Below the pieces are notes generated by a model. That model ran no database searches, was not told the DNA's origin, and saw nothing but the letters and a program-made list of their open reading frames with translations. Below, piece by piece: positions 40,202-51,994 of a stretch of 64,000 bases of DNA. The DNA lies in contig CDLV01000014.1 in NCBI GenBank assembly GCA_001244265.2, positions 310,001 through 374,000 of the forward strand, read 5' to 3'. The translations under genes were made by a program, and so were the position numbers. The DNA comes from Microbotryum violaceum (lineage: Eukaryota). Every line of letters starts with the position of its first letter. Within the stretch, counting starts at the first letter, position 1.

Positions 40202-41972
40202 ATGGCACCTAAACGACCCGCCGAATCGTTGGCTAGACCCAAGTAAGTTCACAAAGACCCGAACTGATCCCAGAACTCTCACGTAACTGGATGTAAGGAC
40301 GCCAAGCCCCGCCAAAGCTTGCTCAGCTGATCTTACTCCCTTCCGCCTTTCCCCCCCTTCATCGCAGTGCGTCCTCCTCCTCTTTGGCCGCGACCCAACC
40401 TTCCTCTTCAACAGGAGGCAAGCGAGTCAAGTTCGACGCTGCGACTTTGAACGCTACCAACTCAGGTGGTGCGAACGCGTCCGCGACCGAAGCCGAATTG
40501 GAAGAAGATGATCTCCTCAACCCGTCTACAGCGCGCAAGAAGGTCGTCACGGACGGCTACGATTCCGATTCGAGTGCTGATGGCTCCGAGGATGGGTTTG
40601 GTGGGATCGGAGGCGGAAGGAAAGGGAGGAAAGGTGCGGGCGCGGAGAAGGAGAAGGAGGGGGAGGGGGAAGACGAGGATGATGATATGTTCGATGGTGG
40701 GCACGACGAGGGGGAGGGCGTAGCCAAGCGAAACACCGCGGAGAAGAGTAAGAAGAAAGAGTTTCTGGAGATGGGCGATATCGAAGGGCAGGAATTCGGC
40801 AAGGGGGAAGATGAGGAGGAGGGGCAGGAGCAGGACGGAGCGGAGCAGGACGAAGAGGAGGAGTATGCGCTCGAAGACGATCTGGCGAATGATGATGATG
40901 CGCCGAGGAGTAGGAGGAGTAAGAAAGGGATGGGCTACCAGTTGAGGTAGGCTTCCTCGTTGATGGGCTTTGGACACAGCGAAGGAAGCTGATCTGATCC
41001 TTTTTTTGTCGCCCGCCCTTCCCCCTACTCAGCTCGTTCAACATGGCCGACGAACTCAATGAAGGCCGCTTCTCCGCCGACGGGACCTACGTACGCAACA
41101 ACGACGACCCCCTAGCAACCCACGACAAGTGGCTCGACGGGGTGAGCAAAGCCTCCATTCGCGCTGCACGGGAATCCAAGAAACGGATGGACGAGCAAGC
41201 GCGGAAGAAGGAGGAAGAGGAAGCGAGAGGCGCCGAGGCGATGGCTCAACAGAGGGATGACTGTTTGATTGGCTTGCTGAGCTTGGTCAGACCTGGGGAG
41301 AGTATTACGATGGCGCTGAATCGATTGGGCAAGAGGAGGAGAAAGGTCGCGAAGAAGGTGGTGAGACCCAAGGTCAGGGATGGGGATGAGGCGATGGATC
41401 TGGACGAACAAACCACAACGTCATCGGAAGTGTCGAAGGGGAAACAAAGGGAGGAAGAGGAAGCAGAGGACGTTGATCCGGCAGTGAAGATGATTGATCG
41501 CATCACCTACCTCGCTTCGACCTTACTCGCCCAAGGCGAATTGGAGATTTACGATATCTCGTACGAAGCCATTATTCAAACGCTCAAGGAGGAAGGCGCA
41601 GTCAGAAGGGATTGGGTCCCCCCCGTGGATCCTGATATTGCAAAGGAGGAAGAGGAAGAACGATTGGCGTCATTGGCTCAACCGAGAAGAGGGTTGATTG
41701 CGAGACCCAACGTCGTTACGGCAAGACCATCTTCTTCGACACCACAAGCGGTTGCGACGGCCGTGAATCCGAATGGGAGGAAATTCTTCTATAAATGGAA
41801 GGTCCCTCAGGCGGATCAAGTGCCGAATCAGGAGTATGGACCTTTCGGAACGGAGGAGATTGAGACGTGGATTCAGGGAGGATTTTTGGGACCCCAGGGA
41901 GCGAACATTGTGGTGAGGGTCGAGGGACAGGGCGGGCAGGCTTGGACGAATTGGCAGGAGGCCAAAGTGTAG
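40202..41972 (+). CDS. LIN1: U5 snRNP 52K / CD2BP2 / Lin1 GYF-domain protein
   Basis: FNMADELNEGRFSADGTYV..DKWLDGV, PGESITMALNRLG, IDRITYLASTLL, GYF-like YKW..YGPF..WIQGGFL. Confidence 0.85.
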
Positions 41973-42407
41973 AGAACTGGAGAGAGGTGGTGTGGGGAGT
42001 TTGTTGTGGAATTGAACGAATTTTGCAGAGGCTCGAGCGGGGATGTGGCGTCCGAGATCATCATGAGCAGATTCGAGAGAGATCGATGCTGGACCTCAGA
42101 GGAGTATCGAGGCGCACACGACAAAACCACGGGCGACTTCCCCCCATGTGGAACGCCGAAGAATGAAAAATTGTGATTGCACTTGCGTGCGACACGCACC
42201 TCACCTCACGTCACGTCGTCCGAAGCTGAGGGCGCTGACCAATGCAGTCGCGCACTGCTGTTGGCCTCCGTCCGCTCACCGGCCTCACCCACCACGCCCA
42301 AAAGCGGACTCTAGCCCAATCGAACGACCGGGCCTCATCCCTTTGACTGCACATCAGCACCCACTCTTCACTCAGCACTAGCCTCGTTCCGTAGCCTGAC
42401 GACCAAC

Positions 42408-43716
42408 ATGCCTCCCAAAGCCGATCTCAACAAGGCTGGCGTCGAGACCTCTGACTTTCCTATACTCTGTCAGTTCAAGCCTGGCTACGATTCCGGTAGA
42501 CGTTTTGTGGACTATGCTGACCTGTTTTAACGTGCTACTCGACAGGCGAGACCTGCTTGGGGCCTAATCCGTAGGTCGAGTGACCACCCTACGCCTCGCC
42601 TCGCCACCGGCACAGCTTTCCTGCAACATCCGAGTCACCGTATGAATCAAACTCACCGCTCTCTCCTGTATTCTTCATCCCACAGCTACGTGCGCATGTC
42701 GAAACAACCACTCGGAGCAGAATGCAAGATCTGTACTCGCCCCTTCACCATCTTCCGCTGGCTGCCCGGCGTCGGCATGCGCTACAAGAAGACCGAGATC
42801 TGTCAAACCTGCGCCAAGGCCAAGAACGTCTGTCAGACCTGCTTGCTCGATCTGCAGTTCGGTCTACCGACGCAGGTCAGGGACACGGCCCTGAGGATGA
42901 AGAACCAGGCGCCGACGAGTGCGATCAACCGGGAGTATCATGCCCAGAATCGTCAGTCTCCGCAGCGCCAGCTTGTGTGCAGAGCGGACACGTACTGATA
43001 ATAAACGCTTGTGTCCTTCCGAACACCACAGTCGAAAGCGCAATGGAAGGTGGTGCAGCAGGGGGAGCGATCAACTTTGGCAAAGCCGATAGCGCCGGCA
43101 AGGAGCTGCTCAAACGTCTTGCCCGCAAGGACCCCGAATACAAACGCAACCGACCGCACATCTGTTCGTTCTACGCCAAAGGCGCTTGTAACCGAGGCGA
43201 CGAGTGCCCCTATCGCCATGAGCTGCCGGTCGAGAATGAGCTCAGTCATCAGAATATCAAGGATCGATGTGAGTTTTCGTGATGATGGGCACCGGCCACG
43301 GCGGACGGGGCAGCAACTCTCAGCAGTGCTTATGCGGCATGATTTCTGACTCGTTCCTGTCTTCTGACATCACAGACCACGGTACGAACGATCCCGTCGC
43401 GCGCAAGATCATGGCCCGGAACGCCGTCGAATCGGGCCTCGCCCCACCTGCCGACGAATCCATCACATCCCTCTTCCTGACCCAACTTCCCCCAACCGCA
43501 ACCGAAGAACACATTCGCGCTTATTACGCAGGGGAAGGAGCGGCCCTCAAGTCCGTTGTGCTGGTCCCGGCGAGTAAAGTCGCTTTCGTGAATTTTAAAG
43601 ACCGGAAAGGGGCCGAGGCCGCGGCGGCAAAGAGTAGTATGAAGGTTTTTATTGACGGCAAGGAGGTCAAGGTCTCGTGGGGGAGGGCGAGGCCAAAGAA
43701 GGATGTGAACGCTTGA
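42408..43716 (+). CDS. SLT11: Pre-mRNA splicing factor Slt11/Ecm2/RBM22
   Basis: [49 protein letters not shown] finger [21 protein letters not shown]-terminal RRM. Confidence 0.95.
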
Positions 43717-44016
43717 GAGTACGGCCGAGGGAAGGAGAGGGCTTGTTCTTGAGAAGGAGCATGGAAAGTGGGGGTGCGAGTTGTAGTATTCCGGAAAACA
43801 CCACAGTGATGCATTTGTACGAATGATCGGGCGCACTTGGTTCTGTGATTTCGAAATACAGAGAGACGTGGGAAGCACACCAGCATTTACCATTTGAAGG
43901 AGGGTGCAGATGCTGAGTGCTCCAGAGTTTCCCAGAGTCTCCCCATGTCTCTCCACCCCACACTTCACCGGCTTCACCGACGAACGCGCGCGAGCTCACG
44001 TGCTCAGGCTCTCTAC

Positions 44017-44043
44017 CTCTCTCTCTCTCTCTCTCTCTCTCTC
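44017..44043. repeat. (CT)n microsatellite in the 5' region of the downstream gene
   Basis: About 13 CT units. Confidence 0.9.
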
Positions 44044-44085
44044 GTCCTTTCCGCACCAACTCGCACCCCACTACAAATAATCGAC

Positions 44086-46213
44086 ATGGCTCAACCTCTA
44101 ACCAATTCTCCGGTGACCGAAGAAGCGGTCATAGCCGGTACGTGTTCTCCACATCTCGTCTCGGGGGCAGGCACTCAACGTGCCCCACGCAAGGGCGGCT
44201 GTGTGCAATCGGATCCATCTCCTCTGCCTAGCATGAAACAGGCTCCTGAACCTGCCTCTATGCGTGGCCAGGGTTTCATTCCATCATGAAGGATTCCTTG
44301 GCTCAAGCGAAGGGCGAGGGTCTGTTGGATGATAAAGAGTTGTCCAGTGGTGGTGAGTTCTGGGCGATGACGATAGGGTATGAAGTGCGCAAGTGGGGGG
44401 TCCGCACGTGACCTTCAAGCTGGAAGTTGGCTTGGAGGATACGTGGCCCTCCGAGTCTGGACGTACTGACTGATGATTGGTTTGTTTGGGTCCACACTGG
44501 GCTTCAGACCTCGACATCCGAATCGCCGGTCCAGGACTGGCCTTGTTCTTCTCCGCTTTAGGAGCCACCCCCGGACCGAGCATCTCGGCTCCTGATGGTT
44601 CGTTCACGCTCACGAATGAAAATTGTCCTCGTAGGTGATCCTCACACCGTCAAATTTCACTCGGAATCAAGCTAAACTTCCATCCCCCTGTATCATCAGC
44701 CTTCTTCCTCTCCTTCTTCCATCTCTGGCAAGCTTCCGTCCCTTCGATCCGCCGACTACCATTGGAAGCACGCCATGATCTCGCACTCTTACTTTGCTCC
44801 AAGGAGCCGCTGCAGTCTGTACTGAGGCGGGACGTCGTCAAGCTGTCGGGGGATTTGAAGGCTGTCGCGTTGGAGATCGCTCAGGTTCGTCCATTGCGGT
44901 AAGGGGTGTGTAAACCCTTTTCACGGGACTCAAGAGTTCTGAGTGGTGTGACTAACTTATTGGCAGAGGCTTGGGCCGCGTGCAGAGAGGCACCTTCCAG
45001 CAACGGTGGGTGTATCTGAGAGATATAATAACAGTCCATTATACCCCCTATCTGACCTGAAGTCTCTCCCCACTCAGCTTCCAAGCCGACATTCAATTCG
45101 CCCTCCAAGCGCGCGTGCGCAGCCATCCCAACGACGTCAAGATTTATTCAGGGCCATCTGAGTCTACTGCCTCGGAAGAGGGAGCTCCACCACCTCGATA
45201 TGAAGCTATGGCGTCGAATCAGCCTGGGCCGCTGCTTGGGTTTGCGGATACGGCACGGAGAGGGAGTGATGCGGATCATCGAGGCTCGAGTTCCGGAGGG
45301 ATGGTGAGACACGAGACCTCGGATGCGGCGATGATGGAGAATTTGAAAGTTATACGAGAGACACTATATTCAGGTACACCCATATCTACCGTGGGAACAG
45401 GGTTCTTCAAATGCTTCCGGCCACTGACTGGGTTTCCTCCCCCCGCCTTTCTTATGCCACTCCAGCTCTCGCCGATGTCCTTGTATCCTCCACCTCACTC
45501 CGTTCGCTTGCCTCCCGAGGCCCGGAATGGCAATCTAGGCTTTTCTTCGCTTCCAGTTGTCTTGCCATCCTAGAAGTCGCTTTGACACGCGTCGATGATG
45601 AGGGTGTTCGAACCGTCAATTTAGGGAGTGGGAGACGCTCGGTTATTGAGGCGAGCGATACGCCTCGTGAGTTGAGAGTCAACCTGCACACGCTGTACAA
45701 ACTCGTCTAACTTGATCACATCTGATCGTGTACATTCATTTCTTTCTCGGCGCATTGGAATCCCGAAGCCCATCTCCGACCCCTCTTCACCAAACTCCTT
45801 CAAGTCTCTCGAGTCGCCCGATCAACGATGCAACAAGATGACGTCCGAGCGATCCAAGAAGCCACCGACGACGTACCACCTTCTACGTCGCGGATCGATC
45901 GATTGAGGTATAGGCTCGAGAATGGTGTTGAACATGAGACTGAAACTCGAGAAGGTGCGCGAGGGCAGGGTGCTGATGACGAGGATGGTGCCGAGGGTTC
46001 TACAGTGGTGAAGCTCGCGAATGGAATCAATGAACTGGCTTTGGGTGGGTCGAGGCTCGTTCTGCGTGGCAAGGACACTCGTCGTTATTCGCATCCAGTG
46101 CTAAACTTCTGATCCATCTCGCGTTTGGTCCCGTAGCTATGGCCCGCTTACCCGAGTTCTCCGAACGACAGGCCGAGGTGTTCAAGATCGTTAGTGCGGT
46201 TCAGACGCTCTGA
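44086..46213 (+). CDS. Hypothetical protein; multi-exon
   Basis: Consistent GT-AG exon chain: MAQPLTNS.., LPLEARHDLALLLC, IRETLYSALADVL, RLFFASSCLAILEVAL, MARLPEFSERQAEVFKIVSAVQTL*. Confidence 0.7.
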
Positions 46214-47629
46214 GTGAAGGGAATGTGGTAGTTATCGGGAGGTAAAAGCGCTTGGGGATGAGATGGAAGGCTTGTGAGAGGAAACGTCCCCGCAGGAGTA
46301 ATCAAATTCCTTCATGACCGAGAGAAAGCTCGAAAAGTCGCGCGCGATACTAGACGGAGAAACACAGGGGTATCTCTTGCTGCGAAGAGTGACGTCACTC
46401 AGCAAATTTGCTACGATCGGACGCCAGGGTACTGGACTACAATGGCGATCATGTACGAAGGTGTTTGGTATGATATAGCTCTACGGTCTCATTAATCCTG
46501 TTGGCAAAGCAGCCTCATTCTTGCCACGAAAAAAAGGAGCCATTGCGCCGCCGAGATACCTCGCAACCCTAGACGTCTTCGCCGAGCCTCCTCTTCTTCC
46601 TTCATTACTGCGGCGAGCGCAAGCTGGACAGTGTAGCCATGCAATGGGTTGATGGGAGGTGGTCTTTTCTTTCGGCCTCCGCAGCCACGCTCGCTTGATC
46701 CCGGCCCTTTCCGTCATGAAACCCGCCTGAGTTTGCAAATTCGTCCCATCTTGGGGATACCACTGCCAAAGTGTAAGACAGACCACAAGTGCGTGAGCGC
46801 AACGTCTTTTCTTTTCCCTGCTTGATCGCCAAAGAGTCCACGTCTAATTCCTGCAGGCTGACAAGTCATCGTCGGATACGAAAGGTGACGACGTCATCAC
46901 GCTCGCAGCCGAAGTGACCGTCGCGGAATATCATCAACGTGGCTTCGGCATCTCTCAAGGGTGATCGAGCGTACTGAAAGGCATGAGATTGCTCTCGAGC
47001 CTCACTGGTTCCGAGTCCAAACTGAAAGGATCAAACGGTGTAATTCGCAGGCGAAGAAAGACTACTAAAAGGACTAAGGTCAAGAGACGCGGCGGCTTCG
47101 CGCGCGAGGGCAAGCGTGAGGCCGCAGAGGTCGGCTCGAGGTCGTCGTGAGGCGTAAGCGGAGCGGCGCCTTACACGTACAAGGATCATCGCGTTCGACC
47201 GTTCGGACTTAATGAAAGGACCATGATCCATGGTCTACCGACGGGTCCACCGCGCAGTTCGTAGTCTCTGGGAGAATCCACAGGCACAGGCGAGTGATTT
47301 TTCACAGCGGTTGTGGGAGACAGACTTTTGAAACTCCAGGACCAGGACTCCGCAGGAACGTGCGCCAAGGTGCGACAATTCAGGCAGCACCTACACTAAA
47401 AAAATTGTCGCAGACTTCGGGATCACCCATGCTCATCAACAATGAAACCACTGGAGAGCTTGGGAACTGCGAAGAGGAAATCACTGAGCTCACCGACTGC
47501 CGACCTGTGCGACGGTGCGACTGGATGGGAGAATTCCTGTAGCGGGGCCGACCCAAGGTCTAGGCCTGATCGGCCGATCGGCAAGGTGCGGATGACTCAT
47601 CGGAACCGACGTTTGCCGTATGCCCTGTT

Positions 47630-48350
47630 AGATTCGCCTTTTGCTCACAACCCGCTTGGGTCCCCCTCGCTTCCTGGACAGGCTTTGAACCCTCCTTTCC
47701 GTGAGTGCTATTTGGCGGTCTCGCTGTGTTCGAGTCGTTGTCTGTTGTCGCGTGCAGCATCGCGCAAATCTGACCCCTTTTCCTCCACACCCCGTATAGT
47801 CTCCACCTCCAACGCCCCAATCGCCTTTCCGAACGCCCCATTTTATAGCAATCAATCCTACCCGCACCGTCGGGACTCTGCCCCGCTAGCTCAACCACAC
47901 TTCACTCCCGCGTACACCGCAAACATTGGACGCGACGAATCCCACTATCCGGCGGCCTCGCCAGCGGACCACGCGTACCCCTTGGCTGCCTTTTCCGACC
48001 AAGGACCCCACAATTCCGTTATGGGCATCACAGAAGACCCATCAATTCAATTCACAGTCCCACTCCTCCCGCCAATGATCGCCACTCATTCGCACTCGGT
48101 GGCCAAGCGTCTGCGCGTCGGGATAGCCTGAACTTGTAGGCCCAGGCTCGCCGACCGCGCCTTCTTAGCAAGCTTCAAAGCTTCCGGAACTTGCTTGATT
48201 ATACGGGCAGGGGGAGGTCCGACGGCAGCAAGGTATTGAGGTGCGGCGGAGAAGAATGGCAAAGAGATCGTTGAAAGGCGTGCAGCGTGGTCCGCAGACA
48301 GGGATGGCGCGGAGGTTCGATTGGCGTCCTGCGAGGCGATGCCTCCGTCT
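47630..48350 (+). pseudogene. Spliced gene fragment of unknown identity abutting the truncated Helitron helicase
   Basis: GT..AG introns (about 47586-47631 and 47701-47799). The Pro/Ser-rich frame continues through TGA stops at 48129 and 48237 up to the RepHel junction. Confidence 0.4.
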
Positions 48351-48351
48351 T

Positions 48352-51300
48352 TGGCCGTGTGTCCTCCCTAGAGAAGCAACGCCGCTACTCCGGACGACGC
48401 CACCGCAATCGCTTGGTCGCCTAGAGCTCGCACAGTATCGAGAAGGGCATTTTCCACAAAAGTCTTGCCAGTACCCCCAGGTGCTAGCAGGAAAAACACA
48501 TGCTGCGGCCCAAGGTTGTTGTCGCGCATCTGATCGACGACATCGAGCTCGACCGCGCAAAGACACTCGTCAAATGCAATTCGTTGGTCGTGGTTCAGAC
48601 GGGCATGCGCCGCTTCGGCATCTTGCGCGCATTGCTGGCGATCAAAACGGGGAAGCCGTTCCTCGAAACGATCAAACAGCCGCACTTCGTCCTCGGTCAG
48701 CTCGGGAAGATCAAAGAAGGCCAAAGTTCGATCGTTTGCCGCAAGGAGGAGACGAATCTTGTTGAGGGTCCACAGGCGGATGGTTTGATCGTTGACGGGC
48801 ACGTCTTCATAGCGTTTGATGTGATAACGGGCATCGTCGCTAAGAGAAGCAAAGTGACGATCCAGCAAAGCTGGTGGGTTGGCAACCGTCGCATGGACGA
48901 GCATGAACACGAATAATCGGCGTAGTTGGTCACCGGTTTCAATCTGTGCAGCTTCCCTGAGACAGATGTGATGCTCGCCATCGTCGGCGAGAAGTCCGCG
49001 AGCGGCGCGATAGGAAGGATACACGACGTCTTCGAACATGAGCAGGTCCGCAAACGATGTCGGGCCCATGGCGACCTCGAGGAGCAGTCTGAGGTAAAAG
49101 CGCTCCCCACTACGCAGTGAGACGGTGTAGATTCGTCCAATGACATTGCGATCATGGACTCGGCGTTTCCAGCGCAACTTCTCCTTATTCCAGGAGTAGT
49201 AGCGCGGCACATTCGTGTAGAGCAACGTGGTAGTGAGCTCGCCGTCGGGAGCTGCAGCGCACAGGTCGAAGAAGCCGGTCAGTTTGGAGCGAGTGGGCGG
49301 AGTGTCGAGGGGCAGCGGTTCATTGGGATTGATCTGCACAGATTGTTGATTCTCCAGATGGACCGGTAGTCGATTGACGGGTGGCCACACTCTACCGACC
49401 GAGAATCCGAATAGGCGGTGGACCGCTTCTGGAGCACTGATGTAGCGACCTTCGACGAACTCGTTGATCTCATCTCGAACCGGTTCGTCCTCGCGAGCCC
49501 CTTCACCGTTCGCTGCACGCTCAACACGCGCCACAGCTCGATCCGGAACCTTGTACACATACTTGAAGAGGTACTTAATCGCGCCGATCGTTGTCACAGC
49601 CTCCACATTGATATGCGCATTGTACTTGGCGCAGAGATAAGGCGAGTACGGCACGCAGTCACCATCGTTGTAGATAACACCCCCTTGACAACGGCGTGGC
49701 GAAAGCGTCGGCGATACAACGGGTAGCCTTCAGGGTGCATGCGGGTGTGGGGGTTCTGTTCGCGAGGAAAATGGCGCTTGCACCTCGGATGCCCGTACTT
49801 GTCGTTCTCCATGCAGGGCTGAGTCGAGTTTCCGCCACACTTGCCATGCAGCATGTGCTTTGTGACGGTCTCGTGGAGATCAGGATAGCGCGAAGGATCG
49901 GGTATCTCGGCCGAGATCATCTTGTCGATCGCTTCCGTCGACAAAGGATGATCGTCCGGCGCGAGGGTGATGAGGATATGGGCATGTGGCAGGCCCCGCT
50001 TCTGATACTCAATCACATGTGTATGCGTCAGAACCACGCTAAAACAGCCTGCACGTTGCTTGTTGCCAAAAACGTCGTCGCAGAGTCGGTTCAGCTTGGC
50101 TTCAAACACTCGTGCAATGAGATCCGGACGGTTGCATGCTTTGTCGTTCGGCCCCAGTGCAGCCTTGATTTCCGGCCATTCGGGGTTGCACGTCACCGGG
50201 ATGAACAGCGAAGGCTTTCCATATTTGACGACGCAAGCCATCGCATCTTGGTAGCGCTGCGTGATCTCGCGCGGGCTATTCTTGAACGCCGAGCCCAAAA
50301 TCACCGAACGTCCAATTTGATCCGGGGTCAGGCCGTTGGCAACAGCGTCGGTGATGCCTTGGGCCGTGGTGAGGCGCAGACTTTCTTGATGCAACCGGAT
50401 GTAGTTGAGTCGATCGGTCTCGACTTGGGAGTATCCGTCAATCACGAACCCGAGGAAGAGACGCTGGGTGACATGCGGAATGGAGAAGTAGTCGTCGCGT
50501 TCGTGCAAGTGATATGCAAAGTATTGGGAACGCGAAACTCGGGTTGATCCACCTCGACCCCTCTTGTTTGATCTTCGTCCTAGATTTTCGAACAATTTAT
50601 GTCAGTCTGAGGGTGCGTCTCAACAGAGAGGTATATGAGAATGAGCCGAAGACGCTTAGCTTACGTTCACCTTCACCATTCTCTTCGTCCTCCTCGTCGC
50701 TTTCATCCTCATCGTCCTCCTCTTCGTCTTCTTCATCTGGACCAAGGCCGTCAAGTAGCTCGCGCAATTGGACACCATTGTCGATCTGCTCTCGGTTTCT
50801 GGCGATTGGCGGCCCGGCTTGGTGGAACCCGCAAAGAGGAATGTTGGGGTGGAAGCCATCTTCCCCCGCGGGGAAGAGTAGTGGGTACCGGAGAGGCATC
50901 GCAGACGGATGGAGCGAGAGCGAGCTAACGATTTGGTACTTGGGCCGACCATCGGGACATCGATCACCGTGCACCTGGAGAATACGGTCTTAAGGTCCAC
51001 GATCTCCCGTGTTGGTGTCGGAATCGCAGATAAGCATCGCCATTTCCGTGCTTGACGTAGGAAGGTTGTGGGTGCGTCGGTCTCGGCCTGGTGGTAGACA
51101 GAGGCGCAGGACCCACTCTTTGGCTGTATCCCAACCCGCGCGGGCTTTGGCCGATGCGAACTCCCTCACAAAGCGATTGCCGGTGCGCAACATGGACTCT
51201 AGCTTGGTCAGCGTTGAACTTTGTATGCGAGTCTCTGTGCTGTCGGGTCCTTGAAGTCGTGTGTCGGTGGCCTCGGCCGGGTCGATCAGCCATGTCTGGG

Positions 51301-51994
51301 CAAAGGGCAAAGGCTGGGCGTTGATTCACGGCAGGGATCAGGGCACCGAGTCGATCATAGAGGCGGCCGAACACACGAAACACGGGAGGTCCTAGAGTGC
51401 CCACTTGGGTTTGGTCGCAGTGGGCAGCGAGCGAAGTAAAGGATAGTGCGTTGTTGTAAGACCGGGCATTCTCGCGGAATGCTTTAGCGTCTGTGTAGGT
51501 GCATCACACAGTTCAGCATGTGAGTACAGTGCAGACGCATGTTGTTGGACGGAGCAACTGACCGCTATCCGAGCCTTCAAGAAGCTGCCGATACTCGAGA
51601 TTGGGCTGGGGAGGGGGAGGTAGCCGCACCTTGCCCTGCGAAAACGTGGGGCTTGAGGGGTTTGAGCGCGATTCGAGCCCGGCGCACTCGCCTTTGCGGA
51701 GGTGGTTGGTGGGGCGAGCCCAGCGTCGAGTTGGCCATCGCGCTGACGACGCTGTCCGTTCTGCACAGCTGCACGGCGGGCCCGTATACGTGTCGCAATG
51801 CCAAGATCGGTTGACTTGTTGTCATGACGCGCGGGGGGCTGATTCTGTTGATCGGTGCGGGACGAAGAGGAGGTTCGAGCCGCGGGGCGCCCAGCAGCGG
51901 GCGCTCGAGCTGGCCCACGGTACGGCGCTATCCTCGCGCCCAAGACTTGGCGAGGTTGCGATGGCCCTCCCTGGCGACCTTGGGACCGGGGCAT
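48352..51994 (-). pseudogene. Helitron Rep/Helicase (HUH Y2 Rep plus truncated Pif1 helicase), disrupted
   Basis: FRENARSYNNALSFTS, YPLLFPAGEDGF, YGKPSLFIPVTCNPEWPEI, VIEYQKRGLPHAHILI, KYLFKYVYK, RFYLRLLL, APGGTGKTF, AVASSGVAALLL*GGHTA, then homology ends. Several frameshifts and stops. Confidence 0.93.

Noticed and set aside
44240-44320. TPP riboswitch (GAACCTG...GCGAAGG resemble parts of the aptamer)
   Set aside because: No CTGAGA motif or GATC..TAAT P5 loop, and the host gene is not recognisably thiamine-related.
47560-47582. CTAG plus the palindrome GATCGGCCGATC as the Helitron 3' end
   Set aside because: The hairpin is directly adjacent to CTAG, and the flanking base does not fit an A^T target on the minus strand.
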